Positions 46,782 through 60,255 are shown, numbered from the stretch's first letter. The stretch: DNA of 64,000 nucleotides from an uncultured Actinomycetes bacterium (GCA_963737445.1 CAVTSO010000025.1:116870-180869), one strand, 5' to 3'. The notes: a model not told the origin generated them from the letters alone. Numbers and translations are program-made.

Positions 46782-49700
46782 GTGAGCAGTGAGGCAGCAC
46801 CGCCCGTTGCGACCCCTCCCGGCGACCCTGACGCCGAGTTGATCACGGCGCTCCTGGCCGAGCTCGACGTCAGCGACGGCCCGCTGGCCACCTTCGCCAA
46901 GTCCTACGCGCACCGGGTGCGGCTCGACCGTCTGGAGCCGCTCGACCCGGTCGAGCTGGCGGCGCAGGTGCGCGGTCTGTATGGGTTCGTCGATGCCCGT
47001 CGCGGCGAGGTGGGCGTGCGGGCGATCAACCCGACCGTCGACCGCGACGGCTACCGCACCCCCGGCACGGTGGTCGAGGCCAACACCGCCGATGCCCCAT
47101 TCCTGATCGACTCCGTGAGCGAGGCGCTGCGCGGCCGCGGCCTGGAGGTCCGTCACGTCGTGCACCCCGTGATGGGGGTGGAGCGCACCGACGCGGGCAG
47201 CCTGCGGTCGGTCGGGCCGGCCCGCGGCGCGCTGCACCGCGAATCGATGATGCACTTCGAGGTCGACCGGCGCGTGCCGGACGACCAGCTGGACGACCTC
47301 GCCCAGGCGGTGACGCGCGTGCTCGGCGACGTGCGGCTGTGCGTGCGCGACTTCCACGCGATGGTCGATCGCATCGACCGCATGGTCGAGTTCGCCCAGA
47401 GCGCAGTCACCCGCTACCCCAAGGATGAGGTCAGCGAGGCCGTGGCGCTGCTGCACTGGCTGCGCGCCGACAACTTCGTGTTCCTCGGATACCGCGAGTA
47501 CGCGACCGCCGGCGAGGGTGACGCCGCCACGCTGCGGGCCGTACCCGGGTCGGGGCTGGGCATCCTCTCCAAGATCGAGGGCTCCCAGTTCGCGCAGCCG
47601 GTGCCGCTGTCGGAGCTGCCGGAGGGCGTGCGCGAGCGGGTGCTGGACAGCCCCCTGGTGATCGTCTCCAAGACCAACCGCGAGGCCACCGTGCATCGCC
47701 GCGTGAAGATGGACTACATCGGCGTGCGACAGGTCGGCGAGGACGGCCGGCTGGTGGGTGAGCTGCGCTTCGTGGGCCTGTTCACCAGCAAGGCCCTGAT
47801 GGAGCCGGCCCGTGAGATCCCGCTGATCCGCCGCAAGCTCGACTACATCATGGAGTCGGAGGACCTGTTCCCCGGGTCGCACGACTTCAAGGCCGTCGTC
47901 AGCATCTTCGAGAGCTTCCCCAAGGACGAGCTGTTCGCGTCGGGCACGGAGGACCTGCGTGAAACCGTGATGGCGCTGCTGGGGCTGCAGGAGAAGCGGC
48001 ACGTGCAGTTGTTCGTGCGCCCAGACCTGCTCGGCAGGTTCGTCACGGCGACCGTGGCACTCCCGCGCGACCGTGTCTCCACGGAGCTGCGGCTGCGGCT
48101 GCAGACCCTGCTCGAGGAGCGCTACCACGGGGAGTCGATCGACTACCACCTGTCGCTGGGGGAGACCGATCCCGCCCGCTTCCACTTCATGGTGCACGTG
48201 CCCGAGGGCGGCATCCCGGACGTGTCATTCGACCAGCTCGAGCGCGAGGTGCTCGCGGCGACGCGCACCTGGGACGACGCCCTCACCGACGCGCTGGTGG
48301 ACAGCCACGGAGAGCTGCAGGGCCAGGCCCTGGCACGCCGCTACTCCGGGCTGTTCCCCGACTACTACAAGTCCGCCACGCCGATCCGCATGGCCCAGTT
48401 CGACGTCGACCAGTTCGAGTCGCTGGGCGCCGAGCGGCCCTACACGGTCGCGCTCCAGAACGAGGAGGGCACGGCGGAGCCGCTGACCCGGCTGAAGCTG
48501 TACAAGACAGGCGGCAAGGCGCCCCTATCGGACCTGCTGCCGGTGCTGGAGGCGCTGGGCCTGACCGTGGTCGAGGAGGTGCCGACCCGGCTCCAGGAGC
48601 TCGAGGGAAGCGGCCGCTACCTGCACGACTTCGGCGTGCTCGGCGCCAACGGTTGGCCGCTCGACCTCGACCGGGTGGGCGAGCTGGTGGCCGACACGGT
48701 GCGGGCGGTCTGGGACGGCAGGGCCGAGAGCGACTCGCTGAACAGGCTGGTGCCGGCTGCGGCGCTGAGCTGGCGCCAGGTGGTGATGCTGCGCGCGTAC
48801 CGCCAGTACCGGCAGCTGCTGGGCGGCGGCTTCACCAAGCGCTACGTGAACGACGCTTTCGTGCGCAACTGGGAGCTCGCGGGGCAGCTGGTGGCGCTGT
48901 TCGAGCACCGGCTCGACCCGTCACGTGACGGCGACGCGGCCTCCGAGCGGCTCGAGGCCGAGATCGTCGCCCGCCTCGACGAGATCTCCAGCCTCGACGA
49001 CGATCGCATCCTGCGCAGCTTCCTGGGCATGATCCTGGCCACGGTTCGCACGAACGTCTTCAAGCACGAGGGCACGCTGCCCTACATGGCATTCAAGCTG
49101 CGCTGTGAGGACGTGCCGGGGATGCCGAAGCCGGTGCCGCGCTGGGAGATCTTCGTGTACTCGACCGAGATGGAGGGTGTGCACCTGCGGGGCGGCTTCA
49201 TCGCCCGCGGCGGCATCCGCTGGTCGGACCGGCTGGAGGACTACCGCACCGAGATCCTGGGGCTGATGAAGGCGCAGATGGTCAAGAACTCCGTGATCGT
49301 CCCGACCGGGGCCAAGGGCGGGTTCGTGCTGAAGAAGCCGCCGGCCGGCCGTGCCGAGCTGCTGGAGGAGGAGCGCCGGCAGTACATCGTGCTGATGCGC
49401 GGCATGCTCGACCTGACCGACAACATCGTGGGCGGCGAGATGCGCCGTCCGGAGGGTGTGTGGGTGCTCGACCGCGATCCCGACGCCTACCTGGTGGTCG
49501 CCGCCGACAAGGGGACAGCCCACCTGTCGGACACCGCCAACGAGATCAGCGCCGAGTACGGCCACTGGCTGGGGGACGCCTTTGCGTCGGGCGGCTCGGC
49601 CGGCTACGACCACAAGGCGCTCGGCATCACCGCCAGGGGCGCGTGGGAGAGCGCCAAGCGCCACTTCGCCGAGCTGGGGCATGACGTGATGACCGAGCCG

Positions 49701-51583
49701 TTCACGGTGATCGGCATCGGCGACATGTCCGGGGACGTGTTCGGCAACGGCATGCTGCTCTCCCCGGCGATCCGGCTGGTGGCGGCGTTTGATCACCGGC
49801 ACGTGTTCATCGACCCCAACCCGCCGCCGGGGGCGCTGGCGGAGCGGCAGCGCCTGTTCAACCTGCCGGCCAGCTCCTGGGACGACTACGACAGGACGCT
49901 GATCAGCGAGGGCGGCGGGGTCTGGCCGCGCTCCGCGAAGGGGGTGCCGCTGTCGCCGCAGGCGCGCGCCGCGCTCGGCATCGAGGCCGACAGCCTGCCG
50001 CCGACCGAGCTCTGCCAGGCGATCCTGTGCGCTCCCGTCGACATGTTCTGGAACGGCGGCATCGGGACGTTCGTGAAGGCCTCCGACGAGTCCCACGCCG
50101 AGGTCGGCGACCGTGCCAACGACGTGCTTCGCGTCGACGGCGCCGACCTGCGCTGCCGGGTGGTCGTCGAGGGCGGCAACCTCGGCTTCACGCAGCGTGG
50201 TCGGATCGAGTTCGCCGTCGCCGGCGGGCGCATCAACACCGACGCGATAGACAACTCGGCCGGCGTCGACTGCTCGGATCACGAGGTCAACCTGAAGATC
50301 CTGCTTGCCCAGGCGATCGAGGCCGGCGAGCTGACGATGGAGGGCAGGAACGAGCTGCTGGAGTCGGTCGCAGACCACGTCACCAGCCATGTCCTCTACG
50401 ACAACTACCTGCAGGTGCAGATCCTGTCGCAGGAGTCGGCGGCGTCGCCCCAGCGAATGGAGGCGTACGAGGCCCTGATGGAAGAGCTGGAGCAGGCCGG
50501 CCTGCTCGACCGGGCGCTCGAGTTCCTGCCGGGGATGGAGCGGATGGCCGACCGCGAGGCCGCCGGGGCCGGCATGGTCCGGCCGGAGCTGTGCGTGCTG
50601 CTGGCCTACGCCAAGCGGCTGGTGCGCGACCAGCTGCTGCCCTCCTCGCTGCCGGACGACCCGTACCTGGACGACGACCTCGTGATGTACTTCCCCGGCC
50701 CTGTCGTCGAGCGGTTCGGCTCGCACCTGGTGACGCACCCGCTGCGCCGGGAGATCATCGCCACGATCGTCGTCAACGACGTGATCAACTCGATGGGCAG
50801 CACCTTCGTGGCGCGGATGGCGGCCGAGACCGGGTCATCGGCCGACGAGATCTGCCGCGCATTCCTGATCGCCCGCGACGTGACCAACGCCCGCAAGCAC
50901 TGGGACCGAGTGGAGGCGCTGACCAGCGAGGTGCCCACCGATATCGCGGCCGACCTGATGATCGGCGTCGATCGCATGGTCGAGCAGTACACGCGCTGGT
51001 ACCTGCGCAACGACCCCGATCTGGGCCTGGCGTCCACCATCGCCCGCGACCGGCCGGGCTTCGCCGAGCTGTTGGCGCACCTCCAGGAGGTCGCCACGGC
51101 AGCCTGGCAGGAGCAGTTCGACGAGCGGCTGGGCGGCCTCGAGGAGCAGCACGTGCCGCCGGAGGCGGCCCGCTTCGGGGCGACCGTGCCGGACCTGGTC
51201 TACGGGCCCGACGTGATCGCCGTCGCCCGCGAGACCGGGCGCACGATCCCCGAGGTGGCCCACGCCTTCTTCCTTGTCGGCGAGCGGCTGTACCTGAATA
51301 CGGTCGAGCAGCGGGTCTCGCGGCAGCCGGCCACGACCCGCTGGCAGCGCCTGGCATGGCGCTCGCAGCTGGACGACCTGCGGCTGCTGCGCCGCCAGAT
51401 CGTGGCGCACGTGATCGAGGGTGCGGGCGCCGCCGGCATCGAGACCGCGCTGGACGAGTACCTGGCCGCTCGCTCGGATCCCTACGAGCGCCTGACGGCG
51501 CTGGTGGGCACCACCGCCGGCGGCCAGGTCGACGATGCCTCGGCGGTGATGGTGATGGTGCACCAGATCCGCCAGGTCGTGGC

Positions 51584-51587
<4 letters not shown>
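46782..51587 (+). CDS. gdh: NAD-specific glutamate dehydrogenase, large (about 180 kDa) class
   Basis: A single uninterrupted 1601-aa ORF. The catalytic core is recognisable ([80 protein letters not shown]). Confidence 0.9.
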
Positions 51588-53577
<1,990 letters not shown>

Positions 53578-53581
<4 letters not shown>

Positions 53582-54285
53582 CCGTCGATCTGGAGCCGCT
53601 GAAGCGCGTGGCGGCCGAGGCCGCGATCGAGGCCGAGGTGCGAAGCGGGATGGTGCTCGGGCTGGGCACCGGCTCGACCGCCGCCTGGGTGCTGGAGGGC
53701 CTGGCCCGGCGGCTGTCCGACGGCACCCTGTCGGAGATGGCGGGCGTCCCCACGTCCGAGCGAACGGCGCAGCGCTGCCGCGAGCTGGGCATCGCGCTGA
53801 TCGGCCTCGAGCGGTGCCCCAGCCTCGACCTCGCGATCGACGGCGCCGATGAGATCGCGCCCGACCTGTCGCTGATCAAGGGCCTCGGCGGCGCTCACCT
53901 GCGCGAGAAGGTCGTGGCCCGTTCCGCCGAGCGGTTCGTGGTGGTGGCCGACGAGACGAAGCTGGTGTCGCGGCTGGGGGAGCGGGCGCCGGTGCCGGTC
54001 GAGGTGATCCCGTTCGCGCGGCCGCTGTGCGAGCGCCTGCTGGTCGCAGTCGGCTGGCGGCCGGTGCTGCGTGGCGACGGCGACGGCCCCTGGGTCACCG
54101 ACGAGGGCAATCTGATCCTGGACTGCCGACGCGACGATTGGAGCGATCCGGCCCGGCTGGCGGCCGGCCTGCACGAGATCCCGGGGGTGGTCGAGCACGG
54201 CCTGTTCCTGGGGATGGCCGCTGCCGCGTACGTGGCCTGCAGCGGCGGCGTGCGCGCGCTTCAGGCCGGCGTCGGCGCCGCCTGA
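53578..54285 (+). CDS. rpiA: ribose-5-phosphate isomerase A
   Basis: 235 aa. [14 protein letters not shown] and [13 protein letters not shown] are present. The start overlaps the upstream stop (GTGA). Confidence 0.85.
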
Positions 54286-55088
54286 AGGCGGCGCCGCATG
54301 ACCGCGACCGCCTCCGGGTTGGAGTCGATCAGCACGTAGCGCCGGCCCAGTGATTGGGCCACGGCTCCCAGCGTCCCCGAGCCGGCGAAGAAGTCGAGCA
54401 CGCGGTCGCCCGGGCGGCTCGACGCCTGCACGATCCGCCGCAGCACGCCCTCGGGCTTCTGGGTCGGGTAGCCGGTCTTCTCGGAGCCGTTGGTGGGCAC
54501 GATCGTGTGCCACCAGACCGAGGTCGGCAGCTTGCCGCGCTCGCGCTTTTCCGGCGTGACCAGGCCGGGGGCCATGTACGGCTCGCGATCGACCGCCTCG
54601 CTGTCGAAGTGGTAGCGGGTCGGGTGCTTGACGTAGACCAGGATCGTGTCGTGCTTGGTCGGCCAGCGCCGGCGCGTCTTGGCGCCGTAGTCGTAGGCCC
54701 AGATCAGCTCGTTCAGGAAGCAGTCGCGGCCGAACAGGTCGTCCAGCAGCAGCTTCACGTAGTGGGCCTCGCGCGGGTCGAGGTGCACATACAGCGTGCC
54801 GGTCTCGTCCAGCAGCCGGCGCGCCTCGCGCAGCCGCGGCTCGAGGAAGGCGAGGTAGTCGTCGAAGCGGTCCTCGTAGGCCGTAGTCTCGACCTGCTGT
54901 GTGCGGTACCGGCGCCCGCCGAATCCGGTGCGATCGCCGTCCGGGTCGGCCACCGTCCGCAGGCGGCGCCGGTGCTGGCGGCGGCCGGTGTTGAACGGCG
55001 GATCGATGTAGATCAGCTGGAAGCTCCCGTCGGGGAACCGCGCCAGCAGGCCCAGGTTGTCGCCGAGCAGGATCTGATCGCCCTCCAC
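54261..55088 (-). CDS. DNA methyltransferase (N6-adenine/N4-cytosine, beta-class motif order), apparently orphan
   Basis: 275 aa. Motif IV DPPF (LIYIDPPFNTG) lies near the N-terminus and motif I (VLDFFAGSGTLGAVA) near the C-terminus. No endonuclease-like neighbour is present. Its 3' end overlaps the rpiA 3' end by about 25 nt. Confidence 0.8.
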   Translation of the reverse strand: MEGDQILLGDNLGLLARFPDGSFQLIYIDPPFNTGRRQHRRRLRTVADPDGDRTGFGGRRYRTQQVETTAYEDRFDDYLAFLEPRLREARRLLDETGTLYVHLDPREAHYVKLLLDDLFGRDCFLNELIWAYDYGAKTRRRWPTKHDTILVYVKHPTRYHFDSEAVDREPYMAPGLVTPEKRERGKLPTSVWWHTIVPTNGSEKTGYPTQKPEGVLRRIVQASSRPGDRVLDFFAGSGTLGAVAQSLGRRYVLIDSNPEAVAVMRRRLQAAPTPA

Positions 55089-55120
55089 GCCGCCAGTTTA
55101 GGGCCGGCGGCGGGCGGCTC

Positions 55121-56062
55121 TCAGTCCCCGCGACCCAGCTTGCGCAGGATCTGGTCGCTGGTGGGGCGACGAACCTGCGTCACCCAGCCCATCTTCTCCC
55201 AGGCGCGGATCATGAGGCCGGAGGCGTCGAGCTGCATCTTGCCCAGGCCGTGGAAGGCCGAGGTCGGGAACACGTGGTGGTTGTGATGCCACGACTCGCC
55301 CAGAGACGGGAGCGCCAGCAGCCAGTTGTTCGTGGACAGGTCGTAGGCGGGGAACGGCCTGCGCCCGAAGTAGTGGCAGATCGAGTTGACGCTCCAGGTC
55401 ACGTGGTGGTTCAGGAACAGACGTACCAGGCCCCCCCACAAAAGGCCGGTGAGCGCCCCCCGCCAGGTGCCGGTGAGCGCGAACCCGAGCGCGAACGGCA
55501 GCACGAATCCGAGCACCGCCCAGAGCACGAACGTGCGGTCGATGAACCGCACCAGCCGGTCCTGCGAGAGGTCGCGGGCCATGCGCTCCCGCTCCTGCCC
55601 CGCGGGGTGCGAGAACATCCAGCCCATGTGTGCGTGCACCAGGCCGCGCAGCTGGCCGCCCAGGCCGCCGCCGAATCCGTGGTGGGGGCTGTGCGGGTCG
55701 CCCTCCTTGTCGGAGTGCGCGTGGTGGGTGCGGTGGTCGACGGCCCAGGTGATGGCCGAGCCCTGCACGGCCATCGACCCGAAGATCAGCAGTCCGGCCT
55801 TCAGCGGCTTCACGGCCTCGAAGGCGCTGTGGGTGAGCATGCGGTGGAATCCGATCGTGATGCCGAAGCCGCAGAACACGTAGAGCACGATCAGCAGGCC
55901 CAGGTCGGTCCAGCCGACGGCCGTGTTCCAGAGCAGCGCCACGGCGGCGACGAAGGCCACGAAGGGGATGATGGTGAGGGCCAGCATCGTGCCCTTCTGC
56001 TTCCACCCGACCCGGGAATCCGGAATCAGGTCTGCTGGTGGCGCCGCTGTGGTTGTCTGCAC
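55121..56062 (-). CDS. membrane acyl-CoA (delta-9-type) fatty acid desaturase
   Basis: Inner part of track ORF 55121..56236. The GTG at 56062 follows GAAAGGAA. Three His boxes are present (HRMLTH, HRTHHAHSD, HNHHVFP). Confidence 0.85.
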   Translation of the reverse strand: MQTTTAAPPADLIPDSRVGWKQKGTMLALTIIPFVAFVAAVALLWNTAVGWTDLGLLIVLYVFCGFGITIGFHRMLTHSAFEAVKPLKAGLLIFGSMAVQGSAITWAVDHRTHHAHSDKEGDPHSPHHGFGGGLGGQLRGLVHAHMGWMFSHPAGQERERMARDLSQDRLVRFIDRTFVLWAVLGFVLPFALGFALTGTWRGALTGLLWGGLVRLFLNHHVTWSVNSICHYFGRRPFPAYDLSTNNWLLALPSLGESWHHNHHVFPTSAFHGLGKMQLDASGLMIRAWEKMGWVTQVRRPTSDQILRKLGRGD

Positions 56063-56066
56063 GGTG

Positions 56067-56654
56067 CTATTCCTTTCGCTCTCTTTGAGCGCGCACCTGT
56101 CGCTTGTGCTCGCGTTTTGCCGCCTGGTAGGCGGCCAGGGCCTCGGGGGTGTCGGCGTCTCCGAGTGTGGGATGGGACGGCAGTACCTGCTCCCATCCTG
56201 GCGGTTTGACGCCGAACTGCTTGACCAGGGTTGCAACCAGGCTGCGCACCTTCATGTCGCCGAAGCCGGGCAGCGAGCCGATCCGCTCGGCCAGGTCCTG
56301 GCCGCTGGTGGCCTGGGTCCACACGCGCGAGCCGTCGCCGTCGTAGTTCTCGGCCAGGTACCGGCACAGCGACTGCACCCGCTCGGCCATAGCGCCCGGA
56401 AAGCGGTGGATGGCGGGACGGTCGCGGAACACCGCCTCCAGGTCGTCGGGCGGCATCGCCGCGATCCGGGCGGGGTCGAGGTGGCCGAGCCGTTGCTTCA
56501 GCACGAGCGGCCCCGAGAACGCCTTTTGCACGGTCACCTGCTGGTCCAGCGCGAAGCCGATCAGCAGGGCGTTCGGGTCCTCCGCGAGCAGCCGGTTGGC
56601 CTGATCGTCCTCCGTCCAGGGAAGCAGGGCGGGGCCGGTGCTTGTGGCGGGCAT
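56067..56654 (-). CDS. HhH-GPD-type base-excision DNA repair family protein
   Basis: 195 aa. ALLIGFALDQQVTVQKAF...PAIHRFPGAMAERVQSLCRYL...LPGFGDMK resembles the actinobacterial HhH-GPD-type family. The call is made from memory of that family only. Confidence 0.6.
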   Translation of the reverse strand: MPATSTGPALLPWTEDDQANRLLAEDPNALLIGFALDQQVTVQKAFSGPLVLKQRLGHLDPARIAAMPPDDLEAVFRDRPAIHRFPGAMAERVQSLCRYLAENYDGDGSRVWTQATSGQDLAERIGSLPGFGDMKVRSLVATLVKQFGVKPPGWEQVLPSHPTLGDADTPEALAAYQAAKREHKRQVRAQRERKE

Positions 56655-56663
56655 GCGTGAATC

Positions 56664-57377
56664 CTACCTGTACCCGGTGTTTGCGGAACCTGACTCCAAT
56701 GCTTCGGCAACCCAGCGCGCCACCTTCTCGGGCGGATCGCCGCCCATCCGCCGCTGCACGCCGCGGGCGGTGGCCGAGAACGCGGTGTCGGTGAGCGCCG
56801 GTTTCACGTTCACCACGTGGATGCCGTGGTCGCGCAGCTCGCGGTACCCGGTGCGCGACAGCAGGTCGACCGCGGCCTTGCTGGCCGCGTAGGCGCCGCC
56901 GCCGGGGTCGGGGAACTCGCCCACGATCGACGAGATGTTGACGATGCCGCCACCGCTTCGCTGGCTCATCAGCTGCTCGCCGGCGGCGCGCATGCCGTAG
57001 ATCACGCCCAGCACGTTGGTGCGGATCATGACCTCGACCTTGCCCGGGTCGATCTCGTGCAGCAGCCCGAACGCGCCCAGGCCTGCGTTGTTCACCATCA
57101 CCGTCAGCTTGCCGCCCCAGTCCACGGCCGTCGCCACCAGCCGTCGCACCTGGTCGTAGCTGCCCACGTCGCAGGCCACGGCCAGGCCGTCCAGCTGGTC
57201 CGCCACGCCCTGGACACGCTCCGCCGAGCGCGACGACACCACCACCCGCGAACCGCGTGCGTGCAGCTCGTGCGCGATCGCTTGGCCGATGCCGCTCGAT
57301 GCGCCGGTGACGACCGACACCGCGCCGTCGAGCGAGACGCTGGCACCGCGAGGTCCGGGTAGCTCCTGTTCGCTCAT
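56664..57377 (-). CDS. SDR-family oxidoreductase
   Basis: Inner part of track ORF 56664..57401. The ATG at 57377 follows AGGAGG. TGASSGIG, NNAG and YAASKAA motifs are present. Confidence 0.85.
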   Translation of the reverse strand: MSEQELPGPRGASVSLDGAVSVVTGASSGIGQAIAHELHARGSRVVVSSRSAERVQGVADQLDGLAVACDVGSYDQVRRLVATAVDWGGKLTVMVNNAGLGAFGLLHEIDPGKVEVMIRTNVLGVIYGMRAAGEQLMSQRSGGGIVNISSIVGEFPDPGGGAYAASKAAVDLLSRTGYRELRDHGIHVVNVKPALTDTAFSATARGVQRRMGGDPPEKVARWVAEALESGSANTGYR

Positions 57378-57416
57378 GGCTCCTCCTGATTCGATGCCCA
57401 ACGCTACCCTGTCAAC

Positions 57417-57746
57417 GTGGCTCGAAGCTTCTCACCCTGGCGCGCGCTGGCGACGGTGTGGCGCCCGATCGAGCGGCGGCTGGCCGCGGTCGGCCTGCGC
57501 CTGGTCGCTCCATGGGAGCGGCTGTCGGTGCCGGTGCAAATCGCGATCGCGTTTCCGACCCTCTCGGTGCTGCTGTTCCTGCTGCACCTGGGTCCGCTCA
57601 ACCAGCCGCCCATCCGAGCCGCGTTCTACGGCGTGTTCTGGTCGATCCTGGCGACACCGGCGGTGATCCTCGCCACCCGCAACGAGCTGCAGAAGCGCCA
57701 CAAGTTGGACCAGCAGCAGCCTGAGCGCCCTTCCGCGACGGATTAG
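57417..57746 (+). CDS. hypothetical small membrane protein (two predicted TM helices)
   Basis: Track ORF of 109 aa. Hydrophobic stretches VQIAIAFPTLSVLLFLLHL and FYGVFWSILATPAVILA. Confidence 0.45.
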   Translation: MARSFSPWRALATVWRPIERRLAAVGLRLVAPWERLSVPVQIAIAFPTLSVLLFLLHLGPLNQPPIRAAFYGVFWSILATPAVILATRNELQKRHKLDQQQPERPSATD

Positions 57747-58897
57747 CGGCTTTCGCCCAGGGCCAGCCCCGCCCGCAGGGCCGCTACTACCTCGTCGTGA
57801 GACCACGGTGACGGCGCCACCGAGATGAAGTAGTCGGCGAGCGCGTTCTCGGCCAGCTCGTCGAGGTGGTCCTCGCCGAGGCCGACCGACTGCAGCGTCT
57901 CGAACTCGAGCTCGGCCAGGATCCGGCGCACCGCGCGCACGGCCCGCGATCCGTCGCCGGAGCCGTCCTGGGGCTCGCCCAGCGCGTCCGCGATCCGCTC
58001 GAACTGCTGCGGGACGAACCGGCGGTCGCGGTCCATTGTCTCGGCCAGCACCAGGCCGATGGTGAGCCCGTGCGGCAGCCCCAGCAGTCCGCCGATGGCC
58101 TGTGCGATCGAGTGCTCCGAGCCGCAGTCCGAGATGTTCATGGCCAAGCCGCCCAGCAGGCTTGCGCACATCATCTCGCTGCGAGCGGCGGCGTCGGATC
58201 CGTCGCGGACGGCCCGCACCAGCGCCCCGCCGGCCAGCCGCGTGCCCTCCAGCCCGATCGCGTCGCCGACCGGCGTGCGCGCCGTCACGACCAGCGCCGC
58301 CATCGCCTGCGCCAGCGCGTCGATCCCGGTGTAGGCGGTCAGCTTGGGCGGCAGTCCGTGGGTCAGCGTCGCGTCCACGAGTGCGTGCTGCGCGCGCAGG
58401 AAGGGGCTGGCGATGCCCGCCTTGATGTGGGTCTCCTGGTCGGTGATGACGGCGCCGCCCGATACCTCCGACCCGGTTCCGGCCGTGGTCGGGACGCACA
58501 CCAGCGGGATCGCCGGGGGCTCGTAGGCGACGCCACCCGCGGCGAACCGCAGGTAGGGGCCGCCCTGTCCGACCACCAGCCGCGCCGCCTTGGCGGTGTC
58601 CATCGACGATCCGCCGCCCAGCGCCACCACGGCGTCACAGCCCGATGCCGCCAGCGTCTCGGCCGCCTGCTCCACCACCGCCACGGTCGGCTCGCCCGCG
58701 TCCTTCTCGAACCGCACGGCACCGCCCAGCGGCGCGATCGCCGCGGCCACGCCCGGCACGAACTGGTCGAGGCCCCTGTCCATGATCAGAAACGGGCGCT
58801 CGGCGCCCTCTTCCTCCAGCACCGCGCCGAGCTGGGAGGCGACGCCGTCGCCGAACCTGATCCTGACCGGCAGGTGGTTGCGAAACGGGGCGATCAT
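57743..58897 (-). CDS. iron-containing (group III) alcohol dehydrogenase
   Basis: C-terminal 384 codons of track ORF 57743..59410, with the ATG at 58897. VALGGGSSMDTAKA, PTTAGTGSE and the His-rich metal site region (GSEHSIAQAIGGLLGLPHG) are present. Confidence 0.8.
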   Translation of the reverse strand: MIAPFRNHLPVRIRFGDGVASQLGAVLEEEGAERPFLIMDRGLDQFVPGVAAAIAPLGGAVRFEKDAGEPTVAVVEQAAETLAASGCDAVVALGGGSSMDTAKAARLVVGQGGPYLRFAAGGVAYEPPAIPLVCVPTTAGTGSEVSGGAVITDQETHIKAGIASPFLRAQHALVDATLTHGLPPKLTAYTGIDALAQAMAALVVTARTPVGDAIGLEGTRLAGGALVRAVRDGSDAAARSEMMCASLLGGLAMNISDCGSEHSIAQAIGGLLGLPHGLTIGLVLAETMDRDRRFVPQQFERIADALGEPQDGSGDGSRAVRAVRRILAELEFETLQSVGLGEDHLDELAENALADYFISVAPSPWSHDEVVAALRAGLALGESR

Positions 58898-59667
58898 CGT
58901 GGTCCTTTCGAAAGCAGTTCGACGGTGTCTCCGACGGCAACGGTACCCGGCTGTACGACGTCGGCGTAGACGCCGAAGCAGATGTTTCCGTCCTGCCGCG
59001 AGCGGTAGTCGGCGATCATGCGCAGGGTGTCCATGTCGCGCTCGCCGGTCTGCGGGTTGTGCGTGGTCATCGAGCAGCGTGGATCGCGCTCGGCGACGCG
59101 CACCACCACCTCGCCCGCCCGCACCTCGTGCCCGATCCATTCGTCCTCCTCGTGCGGTGCGATGCCGTCGACCAGCAGCGTGTTTCGGAACCGTCGCGGA
59201 TCGGCGACCGCGGATTTGCCCGACCGCGCGGCCAGCTCGTGCAGCGACGCCTGGGAGAGCAGCGACATCGGATACGTATCCTGGGCGTGGCCGTTGCCGA
59301 CGAGCATCAGCCGCATCGGCGATCCGGCCAGCTCGGAGAGCGCCTCCGCCCACGGCCCCTCGACGATGGTGCCCCGGACGTCGCGGCCGAACATGAGGAC
59401 GGCCTCGCACCGGTCGCCGCCGACCATGCCCGACACCTCGCTGCCGTCAGGCAGCACCACCACCAGCCGCCCGCTGTCGGGATCGAACCGCGATCCTGCT
59501 CCGGCCAGCGCCCCGTACCTGCGCATGGTGGCCACCTCGCCGCGGCCGTCCAGCAGCACGAACGCGCGGTCACCGGCGATGCCGTCCGGCGTCACGGTAG
59601 CCCGCTCGCTGCTCATCAGGCCGAGCGACTTGATGGGAGAGAGGTGGATGGCGCGGACGCGTGCCAC
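58894..59667 (-). CDS. MOSC domain-containing protein
   Basis: 257 aa. N-terminal beta-barrel plus a MOSC region (FRNTLLVDG...RDPRCSMTTHNPQTGERD). ATGA overlap with the alcohol dehydrogenase start. Confidence 0.75.
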   Translation of the reverse strand: MARVRAIHLSPIKSLGLMSSERATVTPDGIAGDRAFVLLDGRGEVATMRRYGALAGAGSRFDPDSGRLVVVLPDGSEVSGMVGGDRCEAVLMFGRDVRGTIVEGPWAEALSELAGSPMRLMLVGNGHAQDTYPMSLLSQASLHELAARSGKSAVADPRRFRNTLLVDGIAPHEEDEWIGHEVRAGEVVVRVAERDPRCSMTTHNPQTGERDMDTLRMIADYRSRQDGNICFGVYADVVQPGTVAVGDTVELLSKGPR

Positions 59668-59724
59668 GAGTGTCGGATAGCCTACTGTGCCAGCACTGCA
59701 CCGTTCCCACCAGGAGATAGCCGC

Positions 59725-60255
59725 ATGTCCCAGTCACGTTTCGCAGAGGCGCTGAACGGCCAGATCGGTTACGAGTTCGGCGCGTCCCAGCAGTACATCG
59801 CGGTATCCGTGTACTACGACGCCGAGACGTTGCCGCGGCTGGCGGCGCACTTCTACCGGCAGGCGATCGAGGAGCGCAACCACGCGATGATGATGGTGCA
59901 GTACCTGCTCGACGCGGGCGAGGACGTGGTGATCCCGGGCATCGAGGCGCCGCGCACGGGCTTCGGCGACGTGGTCGAGCCGGTGGCGCTGGCGCTTTCG
60001 CAGGAGAAGCGGGTGACGGAGCAGATCGGCGCTCTGGCGACGCTGGCGCGCGAGAACGGCGACTACGCCGGCGAGCAGTTCATCCAGTGGTTCATCAAGG
60101 AGCAGGTGGAGGAGGTCTCCAGCATGAGCAGCCTGCTGACGGTGGTCGAGCGGGCGCGCGAGAACCCGCTGCTGGCGGAGGAGTACCTGGCTCGCGAGTC
60201 GGCGGCGGAGGCCGCGGATCCCACGGCGCCGCATGCTGCGGGCGGCGCGCTCTAG
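59725..60255 (+). CDS. bfrB: ferritin (BfrB-type, non-haem)
   Basis: C-terminal 176 codons of track ORF 59059..60255. The ATG at 59725 follows AGGAGA. EFGASQQYIAVSVYYD, FYRQAIEERNHAMMMVQYLL and the C-terminal PHAAGG closely resemble mycobacterial BfrB as I recall it. Confidence 0.85.
   Translation: MSQSRFAEALNGQIGYEFGASQQYIAVSVYYDAETLPRLAAHFYRQAIEERNHAMMMVQYLLDAGEDVVIPGIEAPRTGFGDVVEPVALALSQEKRVTEQIGALATLARENGDYAGEQFIQWFIKEQVEEVSSMSSLLTVVERARENPLLAEEYLARESAAEAADPTAPHAAGGAL

Noticed and set aside
54261-56062. Methyltransferase as part of a restriction-modification or other defence system
   Set aside because: The flanking genes are rpiA, a His-box desaturase and an HhH-GPD repair-family protein. 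There is no nuclease, helicase or ATPase partner and no mobile-element context.
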